A DNA stretch of 64,000 bases from a virus: the IMG/VR virus record IMGVR_UViG_3300042558_005646, one strand, 5' to 3'. Under the pieces are notes generated by a model. It saw only the letters and a program-made list of their open reading frames with translations, did not search any database and was not told the origin of the DNA. The position numbers and the translations under genes were made by a program. Below are positions 29,632 to 39,476 of the stretch, piece by piece. Position 1 is the first letter of the stretch. Each line of letters opens with the position of its first letter.

Positions 29632-32600
29632 TTAATCAATCCATGTGATAGAAACATCAAGCTTTGATGGATCTTTTCTGGATGCATGTACACTAGTTCT
29701 AGAGTAATTTCCACACTTATAACAGAATGTATTATTCTTTACCTTATGAGCTTCTCTATTTCCACATGATGGGCAAACCATACCAATAGGAAGCATAGAA
29801 ACTGCAGTCTTATCAAAGTTTGGTAGTGCAGTTTTGAGGTATATATCAGAATCAACTGTGGCAGATAATCTGACCATAGTTTTGATTTCAGATGCTACAG
29901 GACCCATGCCTGGAGCTGCTGGAGAAGGTGTAGGAGTTTCAGTTGGAGCAGTAGCAGCTCCAAGACCCATATCTGGGCCTAATCCCATAGGTTCTTCTTC
30001 CATTGATGACTTACCCTTATCTCCCATTGAAATTAATTCAATTTGTTGAAGAATTTTGTAAGTTGTTCCACAGCTTTGACAGTCTGCATTTGATTCAGAA
30101 ATGTTTACATCGTCTGCTCCACAAACAGGACAAACGCTTCCCCATGGTTTCTTTTCACCTGGCTCAGCAATAGCATCCATATCTTCAGATGCGTTCATAT
30201 CTGTTCCACCAGTCAATGAAGAAATTCCTAAATCACCACCACCAGGAGCGCCAGCACCCATACCTGGATCAACAGGACCTGCAGCAGGACCGGCTGGAGC
30301 AGGAGCACCCATACCTGGGGCAACTTGTGCATATTTTGATAGAATAGAGTCTCTACGATTCTTTCTAGCAAGTCTAGCACCTTCGGTCATAATTACAGGC
30401 ATTTCTTCTGTAATTTCGGCATTCATTTCGCCATCTGCTTCATCTGTCTTGAAAGTCTTTGAAGATGATGTTGATACTGTTGCAGTTACATCACCATTTT
30501 CTGATACAATTAAGTCAGTGAAAGAGAAAGTACCTGGATCTACTTGGAAGCCATGTCCTTGAAGAACTTCAATTGCTTTTTGCTTGAATGAATCATCAAA
30601 GTTGCTGTCACTAGGTTGCATACCATCTAAGTCTTCAGATCTACAGATAAATCTGATGCAATCTGACTTGCTTTGGGTAACAGTCATACCAGCTGTTCTT
30701 TCAGAAGCAATTACAGCTTTTGCAACTAATTTTTCTGCAACTTCAAATTCTTCACAAAGTCTCTTTGCAGCCTTAGCAATTCTTCTTGTGCTGATGCCAA
30801 AGTTTGTTGAGTAGTCTGCCAACCATCCAACAACATTATCAGAAATATTCTTTGTTGAAGCAGTCTTTACGCCCCAGAATTCTCTTCTTGCTCTAGCTCT
30901 TAATCTGCCATCAGTTGCAGTTGCAGTTTTAGCTCTATCAATAGCAGCCATCAATTGTTTTTCTGGCATTGCTTCAACAGAATCAACTACTTCATCAGGA
31001 GTTGTTCCAGTTTCTTTTGATGACATTGCCATTGCAGAAATTGCAGACTTAAGATCATCTTTTGAAATAAGATCAGCATCAGCATCTACAGCTGACATTA
31101 AAGCAGACTTAAGTTCTTCATTTTTAGAAGGAGCAGTCTCTACGTCTAGTCCTTCTTCAGGAACAGAAGCTTGTCCCATAAGAAGTTCAGCAATTCTTGA
31201 AACACCTTCTTTGGTCATCTCGCCTTCTTCAACGGCAACTGAAAGTGCATCAGCAAGATCTTGAGCTGTTACTTCTGAAGTAACAGCTGCACCTAATTGC
31301 TTGAGAATTGCAGATACAGAATTTTCTGGTTCAGCATTGCCACCAAAGAAATCAACCTTTTCTGCTTTATCTGCTTCCATATCAGTTCCAGCAGCAGCAG
31401 TTCCAATCATTTCAGGAAGCATTGGTTCTTCAGCTAATGTTTGCGCAACTCTAACAATTGTCTTAGGAGTTTCAAGCGATGAAATTACAGCCTTGCCCAA
31501 GGCATTGATTGTAGCAGCCATAATTTCGTGAGCACTTGCAGAGCCCTCTGTACGGCAGCAAGCTAATTGTTTTTCTAAAACTTCAGTTGGAACACCATGA
31601 GTTACTTCATCTACCAATTCAGTTAAGGACTTGCAAACTTCTTCATCCTTGACTCTTCTGCCATAAAGTCCAGCATCTCCAAGAAGAATTTCCTTGACTG
31701 CATCTTGGCTTGCACCTGTTTGTTTTGATTTAAGAGTAAGTTCACGAACTTGATTGATAACACCAGTATTCTTGCTCTTAACGCCATCAACCAAGTTATC
31801 ATATGACTCACCACTTCTAACTTCATCAAGTTGTCTTTCTCTTTCATCAAGTCTTTCTTTGACATCAAGTAAAGCAGTCTTGACAAATTGTGAGTAGTCC
31901 TTGAGTAAATCAGCAGCAACTCTTGTTCCTTGTCCATTTTCCATTAAACCAATTTGGTTTTCATTAAGGATAGGTTCCCAAGCAGTTCTTTTTCCATTTG
32001 TGTAACCTGTAATCGAACCATCAGTAGAAAGAACAACTCTATTACCTGCATTATCCTCGACTTTAAAATCGATTGTAACTGCAGCAGCAAGTTTTTTTCT
32101 TTGCTCTGATGCAATCTTTGCAAAGTGATCCATTTGATTTCTGCTCCCCGCCACGAAAGGCGTATTTGTTTTTATATTTTTGCTTCTTTCATTAGCAACC
32201 CTAATGACATTATCAATACTTTTTTGAATTTCTGAATTGTCACTTAAATTATTTTTCAAATTTAATATGCTTTGAGATAAATTCAAAATTTTATTGGAAG
32301 ATGAACTGCTTTGAGTACTAGCAAAAACTTCTCTTTTACCATCTCTTGAAGCCCATACCAAATTGTGCGAGCTAGAGGCTAATGCAACTCCGCCTCCAAC
32401 CTGACTATCTTGATCTTCAGAATAAGTAAGATCCATTACTTTTCCAACAGATTCAGTTGGTGCATAATTTGCCAAACCAACATTGGCATTCATCGGAGAA
32501 GCTTGTGGGGCTTGTCCTTGTTGTAAATTTTGAGGTTGATTTATTTGTTGAGGTCTTTGACCACTACCAACATCAACACCGTCGTCAATCATGTCTTGCA

Positions 32601-33768
32601 TTGTTGATTGAAGTTCAGCCATTGATTTTGTAACTTTGCCAACATGTCCAAGATCTACATTGTCTTTTCGGGCAAACATATTCATAACTGCTACTTCAAG
32701 GAAGTTTAGTGATAAATTGATCAAGTCCAAGATATTAAGGCCAGATCTTGGATCAATACCTAATGCGCCAAGAACAGCTGCAACAGTAGAATTCTGATTT
32801 GCACCCTGCCCTGCTAGTAAAGGCCCACCAACTAATGTCCCAGCTTGTTGAGCTAGTCTTACTGCTGTTTTGGCAGTTGCATTTGCAACTCTTAGACAAT
32901 TTTCATATTCAGGTCTTGAGATATTGTCATGTGGAGCACCTTGAAGAGCCAATACAATATTTGAAGAAATTTCATTTGCTTTTTTCTCTAAATTTGTCGC
33001 TGCATCAAGAACGTCATCTACATCATATATTTCTTGAATTTCACAAGATTCAAAAGCACCATCACCAACACAAGAAAGCTCAATGAACTTTACTCCGTAG
33101 TTTTTCTCATATGCTTTTTTGCCTGATTCAGGGTAAATTTTCCCTTTATATTTTTTGAGGTGTTCACAATAATCTCTTTCGGTATAGGCTTTATTTCCAC
33201 AAACCGAACAAACGCCCCATTCAACACTTGCTCCCATAGAAACGTCATGGATTACACCAGTGCGGATATTTCTAGCAATATCTGGATAAGCTTCTTCATC
33301 TACAAAGAAAGTACAATACACACAGTCTTCTTTTTCGTCCCACTCTGCATATACAACCATTCCTTTTGCTTGCTCGATATCATCATTCTTGTGGTTTGTA
33401 TAGATAGGAACGCCTTCAAAAGTTTTGTAGGCTGGAATTTTCTTGCCTTTAATTTCAGTTTCTTTGAGTAATTCTTCTTTGGAAAATAAGTCACCATTTG
33501 CATTTACTACGTCAGCATCTATGGCTCTAGCTCTTACCCATAGCAATTTAGCACCTTTACGTGCTTGCATTTCTCTGACAATATCGAAATCTTTGTATTT
33601 TTCTAGGACTTCTTTTGGATCTGCATAGAGAGATTGAAGACCGATTTTTGCTGCCTCTCTCATATTTGAAGAAGCAGTCTTGATAATATAATCTCTAGCT
33701 ATATTTCGGTCATTTTCGTTGAGGAAACTATTTATTGTTATAGCTCCACCTTTTGCAACCTTGTACAT
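29632..33768 (-). CDS. Prohead maturation protease (HK97/assemblin fold, Zn-finger insert) fused to a long scaffold-like region
   Basis: NANGDLF, PIYTNH (His), HDVSMG (Ser), CSVCG...CEH insert, FIELSCVGDGA; then ~1100 aa Ala/Glu-rich region and C-terminal CxxC ribbons. Confidence 0.8.
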   Translation of the reverse strand: MYKVAKGGAITINSFLNENDRNIARDYIIKTASSNMREAAKIGLQSLYADPKEVLEKYKDFDIVREMQARKGAKLLWVRARAIDADVVNANGDLFSKEELLKETEIKGKKIPAYKTFEGVPIYTNHKNDDIEQAKGMVVYAEWDEKEDCVYCTFFVDEEAYPDIARNIRTGVIHDVSMGASVEWGVCSVCGNKAYTERDYCEHLKKYKGKIYPESGKKAYEKNYGVKFIELSCVGDGAFESCEIQEIYDVDDVLDAATNLEKKANEISSNIVLALQGAPHDNISRPEYENCLRVANATAKTAVRLAQQAGTLVGGPLLAGQGANQNSTVAAVLGALGIDPRSGLNILDLINLSLNFLEVAVMNMFARKDNVDLGHVGKVTKSMAELQSTMQDMIDDGVDVGSGQRPQQINQPQNLQQGQAPQASPMNANVGLANYAPTESVGKVMDLTYSEDQDSQVGGGVALASSSHNLVWASRDGKREVFASTQSSSSSNKILNLSQSILNLKNNLSDNSEIQKSIDNVIRVANERSKNIKTNTPFVAGSRNQMDHFAKIASEQRKKLAAAVTIDFKVEDNAGNRVVLSTDGSITGYTNGKRTAWEPILNENQIGLMENGQGTRVAADLLKDYSQFVKTALLDVKERLDERERQLDEVRSGESYDNLVDGVKSKNTGVINQVRELTLKSKQTGASQDAVKEILLGDAGLYGRRVKDEEVCKSLTELVDEVTHGVPTEVLEKQLACCRTEGSASAHEIMAATINALGKAVISSLETPKTIVRVAQTLAEEPMLPEMIGTAAAGTDMEADKAEKVDFFGGNAEPENSVSAILKQLGAAVTSEVTAQDLADALSVAVEEGEMTKEGVSRIAELLMGQASVPEEGLDVETAPSKNEELKSALMSAVDADADLISKDDLKSAISAMAMSSKETGTTPDEVVDSVEAMPEKQLMAAIDRAKTATATDGRLRARARREFWGVKTASTKNISDNVVGWLADYSTNFGISTRRIAKAAKRLCEEFEVAEKLVAKAVIASERTAGMTVTQSKSDCIRFICRSEDLDGMQPSDSNFDDSFKQKAIEVLQGHGFQVDPGTFSFTDLIVSENGDVTATVSTSSSKTFKTDEADGEMNAEITEEMPVIMTEGARLARKNRRDSILSKYAQVAPGMGAPAPAGPAAGPVDPGMGAGAPGGGDLGISSLTGGTDMNASEDMDAIAEPGEKKPWGSVCPVCGADDVNISESNADCQSCGTTYKILQQIELISMGDKGKSSMEEEPMGLGPDMGLGAATAPTETPTPSPAAPGMGPVASEIKTMVRLSATVDSDIYLKTALPNFDKTAVSMLPIGMVCPSCGNREAHKVKNNTFCYKCGNYSRTSVHASRKDPSKLDVSITWID

Positions 33769-33808
33769 ATATTCAATCCTTAAAAAATAAAGTTATCAAT
33801 AGGATTTG

Positions 33809-33835
33809 TTCTATTTTTGACCTATTAAGACCTGT
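33809..33835 (-). promoter_or_regulatory. Putative phage-sigma promoter ACAGG-N17-TAGAA
   Basis: Intergenic, between portal terminator and protease SD AAGGA. Confidence 0.65.
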
Positions 33836-33841
33836 AAAATT

Positions 33842-33867
33842 TAAACCCGTCGAAATCGACGGGTTTA
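33842..33867 (-). terminator. Intrinsic terminator after portal gene
   Basis: TAAACCCGTCGA-aa-TCGACGGGTTTA. Confidence 0.8.
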
Positions 33868-33893
33868 TTGTACAGTGACAAACTATTCTATAA

Positions 33894-36263
33894 TTATAGA
33901 TATTCCGAATTACCCTCTCCCATACCTGTTCTTCGCTTAATTACTTTAATTAACACGTTTAAACAATCTTGAGGATGATCATTCAATTCTTTATCTGTAA
34001 ATCTGATGATAATCCAGCCATTTGCAGCCAATTCAGAATCTCTACGTTTATCTTTTGCAATTTTGTCTGGGTTATTATGCCAAATTTCACCATCTGCCTC
34101 AATTCCAAGTTTCAAGTTTGGAATAGCTGCATCTAGTTGATAATCCATTGTAGGACCAGCAGAATATTGTGCATATAAGGGAAAAGGCATGTTTAAAGAC
34201 ATCATCAGTCCATAAAGTTTCTTTTCAAGATTAGTAAACATTTTTGGTTGCTGAGAAACATCTACTTTCTTTTTTGCATATTTTTTTATTGAATCGTTTT
34301 CGTTGCTGGCAAATTGATAAATCTCTTCTAGAGCATAATTATTTAATGGATGAGAATTATCACCACCCATAATTGGTATATACAAAGTGCCGAATAATCC
34401 ATCATATTCATCTGGTAAAGGACCTAATGATCCTCTGCCTGTTACTGGAGTTAATGATTTCAAGAAACCTTCATGGGCTGCAGATTTGATTTTCTTGCTA
34501 GCAGTTCTTACGCCTGAATTTTTTGCCTCTATTCTTTCAGTGTAAATTTCATTAATTGTAGAACTAGCAACTTTGTAGAACTTATTCATTACAGAAGCTG
34601 TAGGTGCAGCTCCTGGAGCGGCAGGTGCAGGAGGTGGAGCACCACCAGCAGGAGGCGTACCACCAACTGAAAGATCAGCAGGAGGTGGCATTCCTTCAAT
34701 ACCAGCAGATGCATTGGGTGTTGCTGCTCCAAAACCTTGCCCAGTAACACCACCACTCTGAAAACTTAATGAAACATTAGGAGTACCAAAAGATTGATCA
34801 TTTACAAAGTTTGCACCTTGTTCAAATCTAAGTCTTTCAATTTCTTGATCAGAGTCAAGCCCGAAAGCTTCAATCAATGAAACGTTGGAAATCACTCCAT
34901 TTTGATTTGCAGTGACAAGCATTTGCAACTTACCAGTATCATCACGCAATTGCAGATCATCAAATTTGATTTTTGGATAGACTAATTCGTCTTGTCCTCT
35001 CTCGCCTTCAATTACAAAGCCATTCCATTTTGCAACTGGCATGAAAACATTTTGTTCAATCCAATGGGCTACTTCTCTTCTAAATGTCTCTAATCTTTGA
35101 GCCATTGCAAGAAGTCCAACTTGAGCGTTTCCATAAGTTGGGCCCTCACCATTCAACAGAGCTTTGTTGAGCATAACGCCGTCTAAGATTTCTTGTTCAA
35201 TAAGTTCAAATTCACCAGTTAGAGGATGAATTTTACCAGTAGCTCCATACCATTCAAGATCAAAATTGTGGTGAGTAACAAGAGTCAAGTTTGGATCATT
35301 GGCAATAGATGCCAATTCATCTTGCACGTTGTCAATATCTTCTTGTGATGCTGGTCTTGTATCACTACCAATCTTTACAACCTTGATTGGTAAGATAAGA
35401 CGTTCTGCAATCATATATTGTGCTTGACGTAATTTATCTTTGTAAGTTAAGATTGGAAATAATGGGCGAATCATAGAAATTCCATAATCTTCCCATGGGT
35501 TTGATCCATACTTAAAATGGTGGATAGAAATAGGATTCAACTTAATTGGATTACCCTGAATAATCATCTTTTTGATGTTGTCAGGAATTGAATCGTAAAT
35601 TTCTTTAGGATTTCTTTCGTTTACAATTCTTATTTCTTCAGCAGATGGTCGATAAGCATAGCTTCCAGCTTGATCAATCATTCCTGGAGTTTTAATTACA
35701 GAATCTGGATTAAGAATTGAAATTGATTTCCAAGTAGCACCATCATGTTGACATTCTTGATTTTTGTCATCATCCCAGTTAGATCCATGACAATGTGGGC
35801 AGTCCAATGAAAGGAGCACAAAAGAATCACCTAATAAGTGATATGTTTTGGAAATTTCTGGCAGCCATTTTTGAAAGTTAAGAGATTCTACTAACTTTTC
35901 AAAGTAATCTTTTACGTAAGATGAAGAACATTCTAATTTCCATCCAGAGAAAGGATAGTTAGTATAGAAATTAATGGCTGCAGCAATTTTTGGTTCATTG
36001 TTTCTCCACCAGTTTGCCCAAAGATAAACTTCACGTCGAGCATTTGGGATTTGAAACGATGATGGAGTAAGAAATGGTGAATAGAAGTTAGGAGCTGTAG
36101 TAACTGTGTTTATGCTTGCAGTTCTAGTGACGCTTGGTCCTAATCCTAGACCAATTCGACTACTTGCATAATTTCTCTCTACAGTAGTTGTGCTTGTTGG
36201 TGCTCCTGATACTTGTGTTGCTGCTGTTCTGATAGCAGAAGCCAATGATGTTCTATTTGCCAT
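33894..36263 (-). CDS. Portal protein with Pro/Ala linker and C-terminal Vsr/DUF559-like PD-(D/E)XK nuclease
   Basis: Portal-like core (EPKIAAAINFY, HFK..PWEDYGISMIRP, GEGPTY, RLETFR); C-terminus TNLEKKLY...AQY...YQLDAAIP..LGIEADGEIWH...DKRRDSELAANGWIIIRF. Confidence 0.8.
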   Translation of the reverse strand: MANRTSLASAIRTAATQVSGAPTSTTTVERNYASSRIGLGLGPSVTRTASINTVTTAPNFYSPFLTPSSFQIPNARREVYLWANWWRNNEPKIAAAINFYTNYPFSGWKLECSSSYVKDYFEKLVESLNFQKWLPEISKTYHLLGDSFVLLSLDCPHCHGSNWDDDKNQECQHDGATWKSISILNPDSVIKTPGMIDQAGSYAYRPSAEEIRIVNERNPKEIYDSIPDNIKKMIIQGNPIKLNPISIHHFKYGSNPWEDYGISMIRPLFPILTYKDKLRQAQYMIAERLILPIKVVKIGSDTRPASQEDIDNVQDELASIANDPNLTLVTHHNFDLEWYGATGKIHPLTGEFELIEQEILDGVMLNKALLNGEGPTYGNAQVGLLAMAQRLETFRREVAHWIEQNVFMPVAKWNGFVIEGERGQDELVYPKIKFDDLQLRDDTGKLQMLVTANQNGVISNVSLIEAFGLDSDQEIERLRFEQGANFVNDQSFGTPNVSLSFQSGGVTGQGFGAATPNASAGIEGMPPPADLSVGGTPPAGGAPPPAPAAPGAAPTASVMNKFYKVASSTINEIYTERIEAKNSGVRTASKKIKSAAHEGFLKSLTPVTGRGSLGPLPDEYDGLFGTLYIPIMGGDNSHPLNNYALEEIYQFASNENDSIKKYAKKKVDVSQQPKMFTNLEKKLYGLMMSLNMPFPLYAQYSAGPTMDYQLDAAIPNLKLGIEADGEIWHNNPDKIAKDKRRDSELAANGWIIIRFTDKELNDHPQDCLNVLIKVIKRRTGMGEGNSEYL

Positions 36264-36270
36264 AACATAT

Positions 36271-36276
36271 ATTATA
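36271..36276 (-). promoter_or_regulatory. -10 hexamer TATAAT 7 nt before portal ATG
   Basis: No SD between hexamer and ATG. Confidence 0.5.
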
Positions 36277-36296
36277 CCGTTCTATAAAAATAGAAC

Positions 36297-36839
36297 TTAA
36301 TACCAAGTTTGATTGGATGGTTTATTACCGAAAAGGATAGGGTCTTGTTTACCTTTTAATGCTTGATAATATCCTTCACCATTCTTAAAATGTTGAAAGC
36401 TATTTCCTTTTTCAATTGAACCCATACTTTGTGGATCTCTATTATTGTTTTGCTGTCTTGAGCCTTCCAATTGATCTTCTAATGTTGTGACTTCAGGCGC
36501 ATCATGATATGGAGAGTGTCTACGAGCTTCTATAGATGCAGATTGAGGGGAAATAATAAATTGTCCATTATTATCCATATTCATTCTATGAGGCCGTTGA
36601 ACCAAGAGATCCCAAATTTCTTTTTGTTGTTCTTGATTCATATTGTAATATTGATCAAGAGTTTTGCCCATTTTATCTAAAATGCCAGCAAGTTCATCAT
36701 AAAGTCCTGCAGGCTCATTGTCTACATCATGAATTTCATCTATTTTAGAATTTGATGTTGAATCAATAGTGTCAAGAGGCTTTTCTCCTGACAAATTGAC
36801 GCCACCACCAATTTGGGCTAAAACTTGCTTATACCACAT
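36297..36839 (-). CDS. Putative internal head protein with MWYKQVLAQ leader
   Basis: Leader shared with three other genes; TLEDQLE repeat-like motif; in head operon. Confidence 0.5.
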   Translation of the reverse strand: MWYKQVLAQIGGGVNLSGEKPLDTIDSTSNSKIDEIHDVDNEPAGLYDELAGILDKMGKTLDQYYNMNQEQQKEIWDLLVQRPHRMNMDNNGQFIISPQSASIEARRHSPYHDAPEVTTLEDQLEGSRQQNNNRDPQSMGSIEKGNSFQHFKNGEGYYQALKGKQDPILFGNKPSNQTWY

Positions 36840-38484
36840 CGTCGTATTCTTCTCTTTTAGATTCCATGATGTAATCTAAACCAAGTTCATCAGCAAATTT
36901 CTTAAGATCATCATCTGAAAATTGATGACCAAAGCTATCTTCGTCTTCGTCATTCAATAAAGTTTCGATATTAACAGTGATCTTCTTGTTTTGTCTTGTA
37001 TCTTCTAGTTGTTTATCCATAGGAACATCAACTATATTTTTCTTTCTTGTTTCACCAAGAATTTGCTCTTGATTAAGTTCTTTTTTGGATGCAGTCTTAT
37101 CTAACTGTTGAATAATGGATTCTTTTGGTTCAGCTTTGTCTTTGTTCAATTCATCTCTGTAATTGATTGGATCTTTACCGTTGACATTCAATTGATCAGC
37201 ATAAGATTCTTCCATTTCACCACGATGAGTATAAAGTCCATCAGAATCAAGTTGATCTTCTAGTACTTCATCAGTAACAGATTCTTGGTTATTCAATTTT
37301 CTCAATAAAGCTTCAAGGTATTCTGTGCCTTTTTGTTCTTTTCTAGGAAGTTGTGAGTCAATTGTTTTCAAAGAATCAGATTGAGCTTGTTTAGGGCGCA
37401 TAACAGGCTTGTCGCCTTGTTGATGGCCATAACTGGATTGCTTGGCATCTGACAATTGTTTTTCCATTGAATCATCGACATTTTGTTTGCCTCTGATTTT
37501 ATTAGCGCCCCTATCAGAATTGTCAAATCTAGCTTCAAATCCAATTTCACCTTCAGTGAGTTTTTTGGATCTTTCGCCTTCCTTAAGTTCAAGAGCATTG
37601 GCTTCATTATCAGGATGCTTATGAACATCAAGTCTAGCCATAACTTCATCATGAGATTGGAAAGCAACTTTAAGCCAATCTTGATATGCACAAGTTACAG
37701 TTCCATCTTTGCCAACTCTTGAGTCTATACAATTTTCTCTACACTTGGATATTTCCATAGGAATTGGAGCTTTGTATCCTTGCATTTTTCCTTTAGGACA
37801 CAATAAATAAGGCTCATTGGCTTGTGTAAATAAAGTTGTATATGCAACTCTTCTATTTTCTTTTGGTGTGATTTCTGAATACCAATTGTGTAAATAGTTT
37901 GCAATTTTGACAGCTAAGTTTTTGTTTCCTGACAAAACAATTTTTCTAGCATTTGCAATTTTGCTAAGTCTAATTTCTGAAGAACAAAATGCTGTAAGTT
38001 TATCAAGTGTATTAATCGTTTCAATTTGCCAAAAACCTGATGACTTTTCACTATTCTTGTAAGCAACTCTTTCCATTCTAGCTGCTTCATTATCTTTGTT
38101 CAAGAAATTTTGAATAGCCATATATGCATAACGGAGAGTATTTCTTTCTTCAGCAACTCTAATATTGTTTAAATTATTAAATGCCTGATGTAAATGATGA
38201 TGTGCATCTTTTTTTGGAAGAGCTACTATCTTCATAATGTGCTCAGGACCACCCATATTTTTGAAGGCTGAAATTACTGGATCATCACCAAAATCATCCA
38301 TTCCTAAAACGTGAAATGGAGAAGACATTGGCATAGAATCTCCATCTCCAAGACCTGATAAAGTATCTTGAAGCATACGAAGCAATCCATTACCACCAAC
38401 TTCTGATTTTTTTTCTAAAATCTTTTCAATTTTTTCAGGATCGTGTGTCTCGTATGTAGCTTTGATTTTATATCCTTTGTCCAT
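36829..38484 (-). CDS. Putative head protein with Cys-containing middle domain and C-terminal ExQL-type repeats
   Basis: About 10 degenerate repeats (MEKQL, IDSQL, LEDQL, YADQL, IIQQL, MDKQL); RVA, KVA, KTA motifs. Confidence 0.5.
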   Translation of the reverse strand: MDKGYKIKATYETHDPEKIEKILEKKSEVGGNGLLRMLQDTLSGLGDGDSMPMSSPFHVLGMDDFGDDPVISAFKNMGGPEHIMKIVALPKKDAHHHLHQAFNNLNNIRVAEERNTLRYAYMAIQNFLNKDNEAARMERVAYKNSEKSSGFWQIETINTLDKLTAFCSSEIRLSKIANARKIVLSGNKNLAVKIANYLHNWYSEITPKENRRVAYTTLFTQANEPYLLCPKGKMQGYKAPIPMEISKCRENCIDSRVGKDGTVTCAYQDWLKVAFQSHDEVMARLDVHKHPDNEANALELKEGERSKKLTEGEIGFEARFDNSDRGANKIRGKQNVDDSMEKQLSDAKQSSYGHQQGDKPVMRPKQAQSDSLKTIDSQLPRKEQKGTEYLEALLRKLNNQESVTDEVLEDQLDSDGLYTHRGEMEESYADQLNVNGKDPINYRDELNKDKAEPKESIIQQLDKTASKKELNQEQILGETRKKNIVDVPMDKQLEDTRQNKKITVNIETLLNDEDEDSFGHQFSDDDLKKFADELGLDYIMESKREEYDDVV

Positions 38485-38486
38485 AA

Positions 38487-39476
38487 TTATTTACCCAATC
38501 CTAAGTTTGATAATTCTTCTTTATCAAAACCTCTATCCTGAAGTGCTGCCTTAATTTGTTTTAATTCTTCTGATACGCCTTTTTTATCTGCAGCATCTTT
38601 GAAATCACCTTGTTTGGTTGTTTTGGAGTAATCTTGTAAATCCATAAGAAAACAAGCTCTCATAATCAACTCAGGCGTAGATCTTTTTTCAAAATTTGGT
38701 TTTGCATTATAATCAAAAGCTGCAGTTTTTACTGAAGCATTCTTGTTACCTTTTTCTTCAGTATCATTTATCTGCTCTATTGTTTCTTCAACATCTTTAG
38801 TTTCTTTCTCGACTTCTTCTTTTTTGTCAAGTAATCTTTCAAGATCCACAACATTGGCAGTTTTTTTAGATTTTTTTGGTTTTTCTTCTTTATCTTTGCC
38901 TTGCTCTAGTTTTTTGTTGTATTCTTTAACAATATCTACAGCACGTTCAATTGTCTCTTTATTCCAGTACTTGAGTTTTGAAATGTATCTAACAATATCG
39001 TTCTTTTCGACACCGTGATCAAGCAATTTACCCACTTTACCCATTAAAACACGGAATGGATTGCCTCTAGTTTTCTTTTTCTTTTTGACCTGTGCTGTTT
39101 TTGAATTGTTGTACACGTTTTTAGCCTCGGATAAATAAGTTTCTTCAATCTTATTCGCTATATCAGAATAGCTTGGATCTAATTCTTGAGTAATTGGATC
39201 TTTAGTTCTTGTTCTACTATTATTTGACATAATTAGTGCTTTAGATAACTTATATAATTGATGTCTTAAGCTTTCATCTTGCACTCTGTCTGCTATGACA
39301 GTAACTTCATCTGAAAGTTCACCGTAGTTCTCATTAGCAGATTTGACCTTGTTCATCAACTGTCTCATTTCATCTTTGGTTACACCTTCGGCATTTTCAC
39401 CACTCAAGGGAATATTGTTAATCCCATTTGCAGGATTTGAAGCTAAAGGTGGTTCAATTTGAGACAGTTTATTCAT
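38487..39476 (-). CDS. Hypothetical head-module protein
   Basis: Coupled in head operon; KTAQ, KTAN, KTAA motifs separate charged segments. Confidence 0.5.
   Translation of the reverse strand: MNKLSQIEPPLASNPANGINNIPLSGENAEGVTKDEMRQLMNKVKSANENYGELSDEVTVIADRVQDESLRHQLYKLSKALIMSNNSRTRTKDPITQELDPSYSDIANKIEETYLSEAKNVYNNSKTAQVKKKKKTRGNPFRVLMGKVGKLLDHGVEKNDIVRYISKLKYWNKETIERAVDIVKEYNKKLEQGKDKEEKPKKSKKTANVVDLERLLDKKEEVEKETKDVEETIEQINDTEEKGNKNASVKTAAFDYNAKPNFEKRSTPELIMRACFLMDLQDYSKTTKQGDFKDAADKKGVSEELKQIKAALQDRGFDKEELSNLGLGK

Noticed and set aside
26183-33628. Many 60-150-aa antisense or alternate-frame ORFs in the ORF track (e.g. 26361..26804, 30101..30562)
   Set aside because: They are shadows of codon-biased, highly expressed genes, with no SD, promoter or recognisable motifs
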